Below, one piece after another: positions 7,973 through 17,474 of a stretch of DNA of 64,000 nucleotides. The stretch's first letter is position 1. Every line of letters begins with the position of its first letter. The notes beneath the pieces are model-generated. The model was given only the letters and a program-made list of their open reading frames with translations. It was not told the origin of the DNA and made no database searches. The position numbers and the translations under genes were made by a program. Source of the DNA: an uncultured Anaeromyxobacteraceae bacterium (GTDB lineage Bacteria > Myxococcota_A > UBA9042 > DTJE01); assembly GCA_964522105.1 (NCBI GenBank), contig CAZFVA010000001.1, forward strand, positions 80,343 through 144,342, written 5' to 3'.

Positions 7973-9499
7973 ATGGGATTTGGATTTCCAGGCCTGAAAA
8001 AACTTAAAGATGCTTTCAATAAAGACCCGGGGGTACGTGCGCCAGCATCAGGCCTTGAAGGCCAGACCATTGACGGTCGATTCAAGGTAATCCGCAAAAT
8101 TGGCGTCGGCGGCATGGGTACAGTATATCTGGCGCGTCAGACCTCAATGGACCGGGATGTCGCGATCAAGGTTCTGAACCCTGACAAACTTGATGACGAC
8201 GACGCCAGAAAAAGGTTCAGGATTGAAGCCGCCGCCGTCAGCAAGCTGAAAAGCCCGCACACAATCAGCGTTTATGATTTCGGTGAAGACAATGAAGGGG
8301 AAATGTACCTGGTAATGGAGCTGCTTGAAGGCCGGCCGCTTGCAGACATAATCAAAACCGAAGGTCCACTGGACATCAATAAAGTCCTGAGAATTACCGA
8401 ACAGATACTGGATTCGCTTGGCGAGGCTCACAATGCCGGTATTTTGCACCGCGATATGAAGCCGGACAACGTGTTTGTCATGGAAACGCCGGGGACCGGC
8501 GTGTTCGTGAAAGTGCTGGATTTCGGGATCGCGAAACTTATGGGCGGCCCCGATGCAACCAGAACGTGGCCCGGGCTGGTGATCGGTACACCGGCATACA
8601 TGAGCCCTGAACAGGTAATGGGCAAGCGCCTGGATAACAGATCCGACCTGTACAGCGTCGCTGTCGTCATGTTTGAAATGCTTTCCGGCGGGCTGCCGGT
8701 GACAGGAAAAACACCGATCGAAATCGGCGTAAAGAAAGTTCGCAGCATGCCGTCAAAGCTTGCTTTCGTTAACGGCACAATCGCATATCCCGAAGGTGCA
8801 GATGCGTTTTTTGCCCGGACACTGAACCCGGATCCTGGAAAACGTCCAGCTAATGCAGCCGAGTTCAAGCAACTTATCCAGGATATGTTCGGGATTGATT
8901 TATCAGCAATCAGCGGTTCTGCTAATACCGCGATACAACTGCAACTTCCCAACATTGCGACCGCAGGCGACAGCATCACGACAACGCCGGCGAAAGTTTT
9001 CCTGACAGATTCAAACGCTATTGAAGCGGCCTTTGAGGCCGAAAGAAAGCGAACAGCGAAAAGCTCGGCGGGCGGCCCGCCGGAAGTCGATCGCAGATGG
9101 GCGATTCGCCTGCCCAAACTGTCATCGGTCAAATGCTATTACAACGGTTCCGAGTTTGATGGTACTGCGGGAAACATGAGTTCCTCGGGCGGGTTCATTC
9201 ATTCAACATGGCTGCCGGTCGTCAGTCACAGGGTAACAATTACGTTCACGTGTCCCGGCACAAAAGACTGGAATATTGGAATCCTGGCCGAGGTTGTCAG
9301 AACTTCCCAGGGTTCGGGCAATCCGGGAGACGTGCGCGGTTTTGGAGTTCGCTGGATAAAAATGAGAGCCCGTGGCGGACTGCCTTGCCTGACTAATTTT
9401 TTCACGTCGTCGCTGGGCAAAGACTTGAAGACATCCCTGCCAGAAGATACCAGCGCAAATCAATGGGAATACCTGTTTGCTGAATCCAAATTTGTTTAA
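7973..9499 (+). CDS. Eukaryotic-like Ser/Thr protein kinase fused to C-terminal PilZ (c-di-GMP-binding) domain
   Basis: Kinase subdomains are present: GVGGMGTVYLARQ, AIKVL, HRDMKPDNVFV, DFGIAK and GTPAYMSPEQ. The C-terminal ~110 aa carry the PilZ signatures RRWAIR (RxxxR) and NMSSSGGFIHS (D/N-x-S-x-x-G). Confidence 0.85.
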   Translation: MGFGFPGLKKLKDAFNKDPGVRAPASGLEGQTIDGRFKVIRKIGVGGMGTVYLARQTSMDRDVAIKVLNPDKLDDDDARKRFRIEAAAVSKLKSPHTISVYDFGEDNEGEMYLVMELLEGRPLADIIKTEGPLDINKVLRITEQILDSLGEAHNAGILHRDMKPDNVFVMETPGTGVFVKVLDFGIAKLMGGPDATRTWPGLVIGTPAYMSPEQVMGKRLDNRSDLYSVAVVMFEMLSGGLPVTGKTPIEIGVKKVRSMPSKLAFVNGTIAYPEGADAFFARTLNPDPGKRPANAAEFKQLIQDMFGIDLSAISGSANTAIQLQLPNIATAGDSITTTPAKVFLTDSNAIEAAFEAERKRTAKSSAGGPPEVDRRWAIRLPKLSSVKCYYNGSEFDGTAGNMSSSGGFIHSTWLPVVSHRVTITFTCPGTKDWNIGILAEVVRTSQGSGNPGDVRGFGVRWIKMRARGGLPCLTNFFTSSLGKDLKTSLPEDTSANQWEYLFAESKFV

Positions 9500-9520
9500 C
9501 GCCCTTCGTGAGGTGCCGTC

Positions 9521-10546
9521 ATGAACAGAAAATGTCTGGTGCTGCTGGCTGCAATGCTGTTTATCCCGACAGGCGCATTGGCCGATGTCGAAGGCAATCT
9601 GGCTGTCGAAGTCATCAAGCGGGCTGCCGGGGGAAGCGACACGCCGGCCGTCATCTTCAAAGCCATGGACACAGTTAGAAACCTGACAGTTGACGTCACA
9701 AAAACAGGCGGCGAGACGCTGACATATTCAAAAAAGGCCATGAGCAGGGGCGAATCATGGAAAGTCGCATGGCCACAGGCGCCGGGCCGCGCCTACTACC
9801 GCGTCGAATACAACTACGACGGCCTTTATGAGCCCCAGTCGATCGCGTTTTCGGCCGCCGTTGCCGAAGACTTTGATATCCAGGTGACGGCGTCGGACAT
9901 CGATCTCGATGCGGGGCATATCGGCTTCACGACGCGCGGCAAAGTCACAAAGGTGCAGGTCTGGCTGTTCGCGGTTGACGGGAAGGAAATTCTGAAGCGC
10001 GAGCTACGCATGGACCTGCCGAGCGGGCCATACAAAGGGCTTGAATACCCGGTGCCGGCGCAGGAAATCGGGCTGGTAAAAGTAGTCGCCGTTGACCCGA
10101 CCGACTTCACGAAAGAGCTGACATTCACGCCGATTTCGATGCCTGTTCCGCATGACGAAGTGAACTTCGAATTTGGAAAGGCCGACGTACGGGCGGCCGA
10201 AGAACCGAAGCTTGAAAAGGTGCTGGCCGAGACGGAAAAGGCCGTTGCCAACCTTGGAAAACAGATTCAATTCAAACTGTTTGTCGCCGGTTACACCGAC
10301 ACGGTCGGTTCGCATGAAGCAAACATCGAACTGTCCCGCAAACGCGCCGAATCGATCGCGGGATGGCTGCGTGGCCACGGCATGAAACTGCCTGTCTGTT
10401 CAAAGGGTTTTGGCGAAACGGTCCTGGCAGTGTCGACACCTGACGAAACCCAGAATGAACAGAACCGCCGCACAATCTTCGTAATCGCCGGTCAGGCCCC
10501 GTACGGTAAAGACTTCCCCGAAAACACCGGCTGGAACTGCAGGTAA
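9521..10546 (+). CDS. OmpA-family protein (periplasmic OmpA-like C-terminal domain, novel N-terminal domain)
   Basis: Signal peptide MNRKCLVLLAAMLFIPTGALA with SD GAGGTG. The C-terminal OmpA-like peptidoglycan-binding motifs are GYTDTVGSHEANIELSRKRAESIAGWL and NRRTIFVIAG. Confidence 0.8.
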   Translation: MNRKCLVLLAAMLFIPTGALADVEGNLAVEVIKRAAGGSDTPAVIFKAMDTVRNLTVDVTKTGGETLTYSKKAMSRGESWKVAWPQAPGRAYYRVEYNYDGLYEPQSIAFSAAVAEDFDIQVTASDIDLDAGHIGFTTRGKVTKVQVWLFAVDGKEILKRELRMDLPSGPYKGLEYPVPAQEIGLVKVVAVDPTDFTKELTFTPISMPVPHDEVNFEFGKADVRAAEEPKLEKVLAETEKAVANLGKQIQFKLFVAGYTDTVGSHEANIELSRKRAESIAGWLRGHGMKLPVCSKGFGETVLAVSTPDETQNEQNRRTIFVIAGQAPYGKDFPENTGWNCR

Positions 10547-10725
10547 CGCGACCGGTTGTCTGCCGTGGCGAGGAGATTTATTTACAAAGGCATCTGCGCC
10601 GCTCTCCAGCCGTTTAATGACAGCAACTGACAAACGCGCATTGACGTGCAGAATTCGGTCGTCAAAGCTTGAAATCGATTTATGAATCTGATAGAAAACT
10701 GCCGGGTAACAAATGGATACGATCA

Positions 10726-11586
10726 ATGAACGAAAAACCAGTCACCAGCATTTTTCCGTTAGCAACCGCATTAATTATCTTCGCGATTTCGGCAGGTTGC
10801 AGCAGCACACAGAACCAGCCTGACACATCGACTACCAATGACGTGTTGATAACAGCAGACCTGGTTCAGACACAGGATTTGGCAGCCTCTGACACAATAT
10901 CGGGACGCGACGAAAGTATAGGAAACGACTCCGGGGACATCGAAGATGACCTGAGCGCGACCGACACAACGCCCGTTGATACCGTAACACAGGATGAAGG
11001 TTCAACCGACGAAGGACAGACTGTCGCGGCCGGCCCTTATGGCCAGTGCGACGTGGACGGCGAATGTAACAGCGACGGATCCGGTCTGGAGTGTTTCAAG
11101 TTCCCCGACAGCAAGTTCGGCTACTGCACAAAAGGCTGCACAGAAAACAGCGACTGCCCGCAATCCCCGACATTGAATCCTGTTGGTTGCCAGAAGGACG
11201 GAGGCCAGACGACAGGCACATGCGTGTCATTATGCGGTGCCGTCGGCAACGAAAACCCGTGTCCGCCGTGGCTTGACTGCGTATCGAGCCAGTTCTGCCT
11301 GCCGCCTTCGACAACGATCGCGTCAAAGGAAGTTGGCGAAGCGTGCACAGGTCCTGCCGAATGTCTTTCCGGTGAATGTATTGAAGGTCAGGCAACCCGC
11401 GCCCACTGCGCCGGAAAGTGCGTCACGAACGACGATTGCAAGGGTCCGGAAGGCAAATGGAGCGGCACCTGCACTGCAGGCGGCGGCCTGTCCTACAACT
11501 TCTGCATTTACATGTGCGGCATGATGGCATCGGGCGCAGTCTGCCCCGGCGACCTCGAATGTGTCGGCATGTCGGTCTGTCAGTAA
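10726..11586 (+). CDS. Cys-rich secreted lipoprotein with D/T-rich acidic tether
   Basis: Lipoprotein signal MNEKPVTSIFPLATALIIFAISAGC. A long D/T/S-rich linker follows, then a domain with about 26 cysteines in repeated CxxxxDC / GxC patterns. The track ORF starts at 10669. Confidence 0.6.
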   Translation: MNEKPVTSIFPLATALIIFAISAGCSSTQNQPDTSTTNDVLITADLVQTQDLAASDTISGRDESIGNDSGDIEDDLSATDTTPVDTVTQDEGSTDEGQTVAAGPYGQCDVDGECNSDGSGLECFKFPDSKFGYCTKGCTENSDCPQSPTLNPVGCQKDGGQTTGTCVSLCGAVGNENPCPPWLDCVSSQFCLPPSTTIASKEVGEACTGPAECLSGECIEGQATRAHCAGKCVTNDDCKGPEGKWSGTCTAGGGLSYNFCIYMCGMMASGAVCPGDLECVGMSVCQ

Positions 11587-11605
11587 CCCTGCGAATTCCG
11601 CAAGA

Positions 11606-13288
11606 CTATCTCGTCAGCGACCGGTACCGGATGCGGTGGGGGGTGTCGGCTTCTTCGCCCATGCGTTCGCGGCGGTCTTTTTCGTAGTCCGAGTAGTTGC
11701 CCGGGTACCAGATGACGCTGCTGTCGCCTTCGAAGGCCAGGATGTGGGTCGCGATTCTGTCCAGGAACCAGCGGTCATGGCTGATGACCATCGCGCAACC
11801 GGCGAAGTTCAACAACGCGTCTTCAAGCGCACGCATCGTGTTGACGTCAAGGTCATTCGTCGGTTCATCCAGAAGCAGGACGTTAGCCTCGGTCTTCAGC
11901 ATCCAGGCCAGATGGACGCGGTTGCGCTCGCCGCCTGACAGTATCCCGACCTTCTTCTGCTGGTCCGGCCCGGTCAGGTTGAACCGCGCGACCCAGGCAC
12001 GCGAGTTCATTTCCACGCCGCCAATCAGAATCCTGTCCAGACCGCCGGTGATAACTTCCCAGGCCGTCTTTTCAGGGTCCAGAACGTCACGCATCTGGTC
12101 TGCACAGGAAACCTTGACGGTCGCGCCCAGAACAATTTCACCGGCGTCAGGCTTTTCCTGACCGGCAATCATCTTGAACAGCGTCGTCTTACCGGCACCG
12201 TTCGGGCCGACGATACCGACAATAGCACCAGGCGGCATCAGGAAATCCAACTTATCTATCAGAAGCCTGTCGTCGAATCCTTTGGACAGACCCTTTGCCT
12301 GGATAACGATGTCACCAAGCCGGGGACCCGGTGGAATATAGATTTCAAGGTCCCTGACCATCTTTTCAGGCTGTTTCGCCAGCAATTCTTCGTATGCCGT
12401 GACACGCGCCTTACCTTTGGCCTGACGACCACGCGGGGACATCTTGATCCATTCAAGTTCACGCGCAAGTGCCCGCTGGCGCTCACTTTCCGTCTTCGAT
12501 TCCTTGGCCAGGCGGTCCTGTTTCTGTTCCAGCCACGACGAATAGTTACCCTTCCACGGGATGCCTTCGCCACGGTCCAGTTCCAGAATCCAGCCGGCCA
12601 CGTTGTCCAGGAAGTAACGGTCATGGGTGACGGCGATTACTGTGCCACGGTAACGCTGCAGGTGCTGTTCAAGCCAGTGGACCGACTCGGCGTCCAGATG
12701 GTTCGTCGGTTCGTCCAGAAGCAGGATGTCGGGATTCTGCAGAAGCAGGCGGCACAGGGCAACGCGCCTGATTTCACCACCTGACAGAACCTTGATCGGC
12801 ATGTCCGGCGGCGGACAGCGCAGCGCTTCCATCGCCAGGTCGAGCTTGCTGTCCAGTTCCCATGCGCCCACGGCGTCCAGACGGTCCTGAACTTCGCCCT
12901 GCCGCTTCAGCAACTGGTCCATTTCTTCGTCGGACATCGGTTCGGCAAAACGCTCGTTGATAGCTTCATATTCTTCAATCAGCTTGACGATCGGGGCGGC
13001 ACCTTCGCGGACGATGTCAATTACGGTCTTATCCAGGTCGAGGTGAGGTTCCTGTTCAAGATAGCCGATCGTGAATCCCGGCGAACATGCCGTGTGGCCG
13101 ATGAATTCCGTGTCAACGCCGGCCATGATCTTCAGCAGCGTGGACTTACCGGAACCGTTGGCACCGATTACGCCAATCTTGGCCCCGTAAAAATACGAAA
13201 GGTACATGTCCTTCAGCACGGTTTTGGTCCCGTGAATCTTGCCGACACCTACCATTGAATAGATTACTTTCTGCGGATCGTCCGCCAT
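11606..13288 (-). CDS. ettA: Energy-dependent translational throttle protein EttA (ABC-F ATPase)
   Basis: 560 aa with two ABC cassettes. The N-terminus MADDPQKVIYSMVGVGKIHGTKTVLKDMYLSYFYGAKIGVIGANGSGKSTLL closely matches E. coli EttA (MAQFVYTMHRVGKVVPP..GAKIGVLGLNGAGKSTLL). Arm and linker lengths fit EttA. Confidence 0.9.
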   Translation of the reverse strand: MADDPQKVIYSMVGVGKIHGTKTVLKDMYLSYFYGAKIGVIGANGSGKSTLLKIMAGVDTEFIGHTACSPGFTIGYLEQEPHLDLDKTVIDIVREGAAPIVKLIEEYEAINERFAEPMSDEEMDQLLKRQGEVQDRLDAVGAWELDSKLDLAMEALRCPPPDMPIKVLSGGEIRRVALCRLLLQNPDILLLDEPTNHLDAESVHWLEQHLQRYRGTVIAVTHDRYFLDNVAGWILELDRGEGIPWKGNYSSWLEQKQDRLAKESKTESERQRALARELEWIKMSPRGRQAKGKARVTAYEELLAKQPEKMVRDLEIYIPPGPRLGDIVIQAKGLSKGFDDRLLIDKLDFLMPPGAIVGIVGPNGAGKTTLFKMIAGQEKPDAGEIVLGATVKVSCADQMRDVLDPEKTAWEVITGGLDRILIGGVEMNSRAWVARFNLTGPDQQKKVGILSGGERNRVHLAWMLKTEANVLLLDEPTNDLDVNTMRALEDALLNFAGCAMVISHDRWFLDRIATHILAFEGDSSVIWYPGNYSDYEKDRRERMGEEADTPHRIRYRSLTR

Positions 13289-13454
13289 ATCAGAACCTCG
13301 TTATAAAAGTGCGCAGATCCAAACGCGAAACCGCCAGATGTTAGGGCAAAAGGCAGTTCTAAACAAGGGACTTCTAACGGAAATAAGGCGTTATGAACGT
13401 TCACACCAAGACGTTTTTGTTAGATAGGGACATTCGGGGTAAAATGGGCGGGCA

Positions 13455-14111
13455 ATGCCGGGAGGTATCATGTTTTTTTCCAGCGTGAAACGTGCGCTTA
13501 TACTGGCGCCACATACTGACGACGGCGAATTCGGCTGCGGCGGGACAATTTCCAGGCTGTGCCGGTCAGGTGTCGAGGTCCATTACCTGGCATTTTCGGA
13601 CTGCCGCGACTCGCTGCCGGAAGGCTGGCCGCCTGATACGCTGTCCAACGAAGTGAAGGCCGCAACGCAGAACCTCGGGATCGCGCCGCAGAACCTGCAC
13701 ATATTCAGTTACAGGGTAAGGAACTTCACAGCCGACCGTCAGGCAATTCTGGAAGACCTGGTCAAATTCCAGCATGACTTGAACCCTGAACTGGTGCTGA
13801 TGCCGTCGCAGAACGACCTGCATCAGGACCACCAGACTGTCGCAAACGAAGGGCTGCGGGCGTTCAAGCAGACGACGATTTTAAGCTACGAAATCCCGTG
13901 GAATAACATAGAGTTCCGCAACCAGTTATTTGTGAAACTTGATGAAGAAGATGTGGTCGCGAAAGTGACCGCGCTTGGCAGATACAAGTCACAGGCCGAC
14001 CGTTACTACGCCAACGAAGAGAGCGTCCGGGCTCAGGCAAGGATGCGCGGCAACCAGATTGGCGCCAGATACGCCGAGGTCTTCGAGGTCGTCAGAGCCG
14101 TTGTAGGGTGA
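13455..14111 (+). CDS. PIG-L/LmbE-family N-acetylglucosaminyl deacetylase
   Basis: The N-terminal metal-binding motif ILAPHTDDGEFGCGGT is the PIG-L family signature (AHPDDE-like). Length is 218 aa and HQDH is found downstream. Confidence 0.75.
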   Translation: MPGGIMFFSSVKRALILAPHTDDGEFGCGGTISRLCRSGVEVHYLAFSDCRDSLPEGWPPDTLSNEVKAATQNLGIAPQNLHIFSYRVRNFTADRQAILEDLVKFQHDLNPELVLMPSQNDLHQDHQTVANEGLRAFKQTTILSYEIPWNNIEFRNQLFVKLDEEDVVAKVTALGRYKSQADRYYANEESVRAQARMRGNQIGARYAEVFEVVRAVVG

Positions 14112-14135
14112 AGTCGCCCCTGCCCGAGGTAGTTC

Positions 14136-15116
14136 ATGTCCACCAAATACACGTTTACACCCCTTGAAGCCGCGTCCTTCCTGGGACTTTCAGTTTCAGG
14201 ATGTCAGGACATTGCGGTCGACCGCGCTGAACAGACTTCAGCCGCCGGACCCGGTTGCGTAACGTGGTTCAAGACGTTTCAGTCAAAACACACCGGCGCA
14301 GTGATGGCCGTCAAAGGTGCCTTGATCGTCACCCCACTGCCGTCCTGCGTGGAAGAACACGCGCTGCTGAACCTGATCAGTGTCGGCAACGCCGTAATTT
14401 CAACCCCCGAACCGCGCCTTGCGTTTGCCCGACTGCTTGGCCACTTTTTCGGCCATCTTGAAGCCAGAATCCCGGCCGGAATTGACCCGCGTGCCTGCGT
14501 CGATCCGACCGCAGTCATTGGTGAAAATGTCACAATCGGGCCGTTCTGCTTTGTTGGCGAAGGCGCGTCAATCGGCGACAACACAATCATGCACCCGGGC
14601 GCGGTCGTCCATTCACGGTCGCTGGTCGGCCGCAACTGCATCCTGAATTCAAACTGCGTCATAGGCGGGCGCGGCTTCGGTTTCATCAAGCGCCACGACG
14701 GCGTGCTGGAACACTTCCCGCAAATTGGCATCGTAGTGCTTGAAGACGACGTGGAAGTCGGTGCCTGCACCGCGATTGACCGACCCGGGCTTGGTGAAAC
14801 AAGACTGAAGAAGGGAACAAAGGTGGACAATGTCGTCCACATAGCTCATAACGCCGTAATCGGGCCTGACGCGGCCATCATAGCCGGTGCCGAGGTCGGT
14901 GCATCTGTTATCATGGAACAGGGCTCGTGGCTTGGCCCGAACGCCTGCAGCATTGAAAACATCAGGATCGGCCGCAACGCCTTTGTCGGTATCGGCGCAA
15001 CTGTGCTGAAGGACGTTGCCGACGACCAGGTCGTCGCGGGCAACCCTGCCGAGCCGATTGAAGTGCTTAGAAGGAACAGAAAGGCCATCAAGAAGCTGGT
15101 TGAACAGGACAAGTGA
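14136..15116 (+). CDS. lpxD: LpxD-like UDP-3-O-acylglucosamine N-acyltransferase (left-handed beta-helix)
   Basis: Matches the LpxD N-terminal UDP-binding domain: ..PLEAASFLGLSVSG.., LAFARLLGHFF, GIDPRACVDPTAVIGENVTIG. Hexapeptide repeats follow, with TAIDRPGLGETRLKKGTKVDNVVHIAHNAVIG matching the LpxD core (IDRG..DT.IG.GTKIDN.V.IAHN..IG). Confidence 0.6.
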   Translation: MSTKYTFTPLEAASFLGLSVSGCQDIAVDRAEQTSAAGPGCVTWFKTFQSKHTGAVMAVKGALIVTPLPSCVEEHALLNLISVGNAVISTPEPRLAFARLLGHFFGHLEARIPAGIDPRACVDPTAVIGENVTIGPFCFVGEGASIGDNTIMHPGAVVHSRSLVGRNCILNSNCVIGGRGFGFIKRHDGVLEHFPQIGIVVLEDDVEVGACTAIDRPGLGETRLKKGTKVDNVVHIAHNAVIGPDAAIIAGAEVGASVIMEQGSWLGPNACSIENIRIGRNAFVGIGATVLKDVADDQVVAGNPAEPIEVLRRNRKAIKKLVEQDK

Positions 15117-15153
15117 TCTGACAGCCCGGGCTGGTTCGGAAGCAAGTATATTG

Positions 15154-16194
15154 ATGAATCAACATCCTGAAATCACAATCATTATCGCGGCCAGAAATGA
15201 AGAACGGCACATCGAAAAATGCCTTCTGTCGATCTACGACGCTGAACCGTTCGCCACCACATTTGAAATACTGGTTGTGGACGGGACCAGCACCGATGGC
15301 ACGAAGCAAATTGTCACGGCCTTCGCCGCCGCGCACCCTGAAGTCAGGCTGCTGGACAACCCGGACCGCATCGCCCCGAAGGCTTTCAACATCGGGGTGC
15401 GGGCTTCACGCGGCGACCTGATATTCATACTTGGCGCACATTCAAGTTACGACCGTTCCTACTTCCGACTGTGCGTTGAAACGGCGGCGCGTACCGGGGC
15501 CGCAAACGTCGGCGGGCGGCCTGTCTGGGGAACCGCAGGCGACCACTTCGAGGCCCGCATCTGCCGCGCACTCGGCCTGAGCCGATTCGCCATGGGCCAG
15601 TCGGACTACCGCCGCGAAGACGTCAAAGAAGGCCCCGCAACTACAGCCGTTTTCGGATGCTTCCCGCGCGAAACATTTGAAAAGTACGGTCTTTATGACG
15701 AGCGTCTTGTGCTGAATCAGGACTGGGAACTTAACCAGCGCATCATCCGTGGCGGCGGGACAATCTGGCTGAACCCGAATATTGTTGTGAACTACTTCGG
15801 TCGCGAAAAGATACGCGAAAACGTGTCACGGTCGCTTGATATCGGCAAGTGGAACGCCAGGATGTGGAAGATCGCGCCGTTCACGTTGACCCCGCGCCAC
15901 GCGATTCCTGCCGTTTTCGCAGCGGCCCTGATTGTTCCGGGCGTGAATCTGGCAGCGCTTGCTGCCCACCAGATTGTTGCGGCATACTTCGCCGCCGTCG
16001 AAGGGCTGCGCTTCAAAGACTTGAGGGTCGCCCTCGTGTTGCCGCCGGTCTTTCTGGCGGTCCACGCGGCGTACGGTTTTGGAACGCTGACCGGCCTGTG
16101 GGAAAACGCGACAGGATGCTGTCGGAACAAGTCCGATGCCGGCGAAGAAAACGACTATAAAATTGAGTACCTGGCCCCACGGACAAACACATGA
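15154..16194 (+). CDS. Family-2 glycosyltransferase with C-terminal membrane helices
   Basis: GT2 N-terminus MNQHPEITIIIAARNEERHIEKCLLSIYDA...ILVVDGTSTDGT. The DxD-containing core is followed by hydrophobic segments. The track ORF 15016 is trimmed to the ATG at 15154. Confidence 0.7.
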   Translation: MNQHPEITIIIAARNEERHIEKCLLSIYDAEPFATTFEILVVDGTSTDGTKQIVTAFAAAHPEVRLLDNPDRIAPKAFNIGVRASRGDLIFILGAHSSYDRSYFRLCVETAARTGAANVGGRPVWGTAGDHFEARICRALGLSRFAMGQSDYRREDVKEGPATTAVFGCFPRETFEKYGLYDERLVLNQDWELNQRIIRGGGTIWLNPNIVVNYFGREKIRENVSRSLDIGKWNARMWKIAPFTLTPRHAIPAVFAAALIVPGVNLAALAAHQIVAAYFAAVEGLRFKDLRVALVLPPVFLAVHAAYGFGTLTGLWENATGCCRNKSDAGEENDYKIEYLAPRTNT

Positions 16195-17474
16195 AAATAT
16201 CGCCCGCAGTTCCCAAATCCGAATTCAACCTTGAAGGCGTCAACTGGATGCTTCATTGCGCCGAGGGGCCGGTGCCAATCCGCGTGGCCGAAATGGCGCA
16301 CAGGCACATCGATGTTGAAACACACCCGTGGCACAAACATTTCCAGACGGAAGTGCTGGATGTCCTGACCGCCGCACGTTATCAGGCTGCTGTCGCGGTG
16401 GCCGATCCGAAAATCGCCAGCGCAACGAAGGGAAACGAAGAAGCTTCTGAAAACATTACGCTTTCACAAAGTACTTCATCGGGACTGACCGTTGTGGCGC
16501 GGGCATTCCCGTTCAAACCGGGCGACGAAGTGCTGGCGCCGCTTGGCGAATTTCCATCAAATATCTGGCCGTGGAAGGCGCTTGCCGACCGTGGTGTCAC
16601 CTTCCGCGAAGTGCCGCTGTGGCCGGGCCACAAATCGGGACGCGACGCCTTCCTGTCAACGCCGCCCCGCGCCGACTCCGCACCTGAACAGGCAATCGCC
16701 GCCGCCATCGGGCCACACACCAGAATAGTGACCGTAAGCTGGGTCAGATTTCAGGACGGCCTGAAGCTGGACCTGAATCTGCTTGGCCGCCTGTGCCGCG
16801 AACGCGACGTTGATCTGGTCGTAGACGGGATTCAGGGCGCTGGGACTCATGTGCCCGATCTTACTTACGTTTCCGCGTTTGCAACCGGCGGCCACAAAGG
16901 GCTGCTTGCCCTGCCCGGCCAGGGGTTTCTGTGGACATCGCCTGACTTCAGAAGACGGCTTTCACCGATCGGGTCGTGGCTTTCAGTTGAAAGCGGTGGC
17001 GACTTTTCGCGACCTGTCACCGACCTCAATCGTTCATGGCTTGATAACGGCCAGAGACTTGAACAGGGTGGCCCGAACGTGATTGGCTCGCTGGTGCTTG
17101 GCGAATCGCTGCGGGTCCTGAACACTGCGGGCATCGCCAATATAAGTGCGAACATCAAACTGCTTCAGTTGGCATTTCTGGATGCACTTGCAGCGCCGGG
17201 CCTGCGGAAACCGACCCAACCGGCTACAATCCTGCGCGAAGCCACAAGACTGGCAGACCTGGTCCGGGCCGACATGATCGGCCCGATTGTCAGCCTGCAC
17301 CATGACGGCAACGGTCCGGCATACCTTGACGAACTGGCCCTTATCGCGCGTGAACACAACACTTACGTTTCAACCAGGGAAGGCTATCTGCGGGTCGCGT
17401 TCCACTGCTGGCATGATGAAGACGATGCGAATCTGGCGGCCGACGTCATCGCGTCCGGGGGCCGCAACAATTGA
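16191..17474 (+). CDS. Class-V (fold-type I) PLP-dependent aminotransferase / cysteine-desulfurase-like enzyme
   Basis: The PLP-lysine context GGHKGLLALPGQGFLW resembles the SufS/NifS SGHK..GP.G.G.L motif. Size (427 aa) and overall pattern fit. Start overlaps the GT2 stop and the stop overlaps the next gene's TTG start (TTGA), suggesting one operon. Confidence 0.6.
   Translation: MKISPAVPKSEFNLEGVNWMLHCAEGPVPIRVAEMAHRHIDVETHPWHKHFQTEVLDVLTAARYQAAVAVADPKIASATKGNEEASENITLSQSTSSGLTVVARAFPFKPGDEVLAPLGEFPSNIWPWKALADRGVTFREVPLWPGHKSGRDAFLSTPPRADSAPEQAIAAAIGPHTRIVTVSWVRFQDGLKLDLNLLGRLCRERDVDLVVDGIQGAGTHVPDLTYVSAFATGGHKGLLALPGQGFLWTSPDFRRRLSPIGSWLSVESGGDFSRPVTDLNRSWLDNGQRLEQGGPNVIGSLVLGESLRVLNTAGIANISANIKLLQLAFLDALAAPGLRKPTQPATILREATRLADLVRADMIGPIVSLHHDGNGPAYLDELALIAREHNTYVSTREGYLRVAFHCWHDEDDANLAADVIASGGRNN

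Noticed and set aside
8428-9132. 234-aa antisense ORF inside the Ser/Thr kinase gene
   Set aside because: The kinase frame carries unambiguous catalytic motifs, and the antisense ORF has no features.
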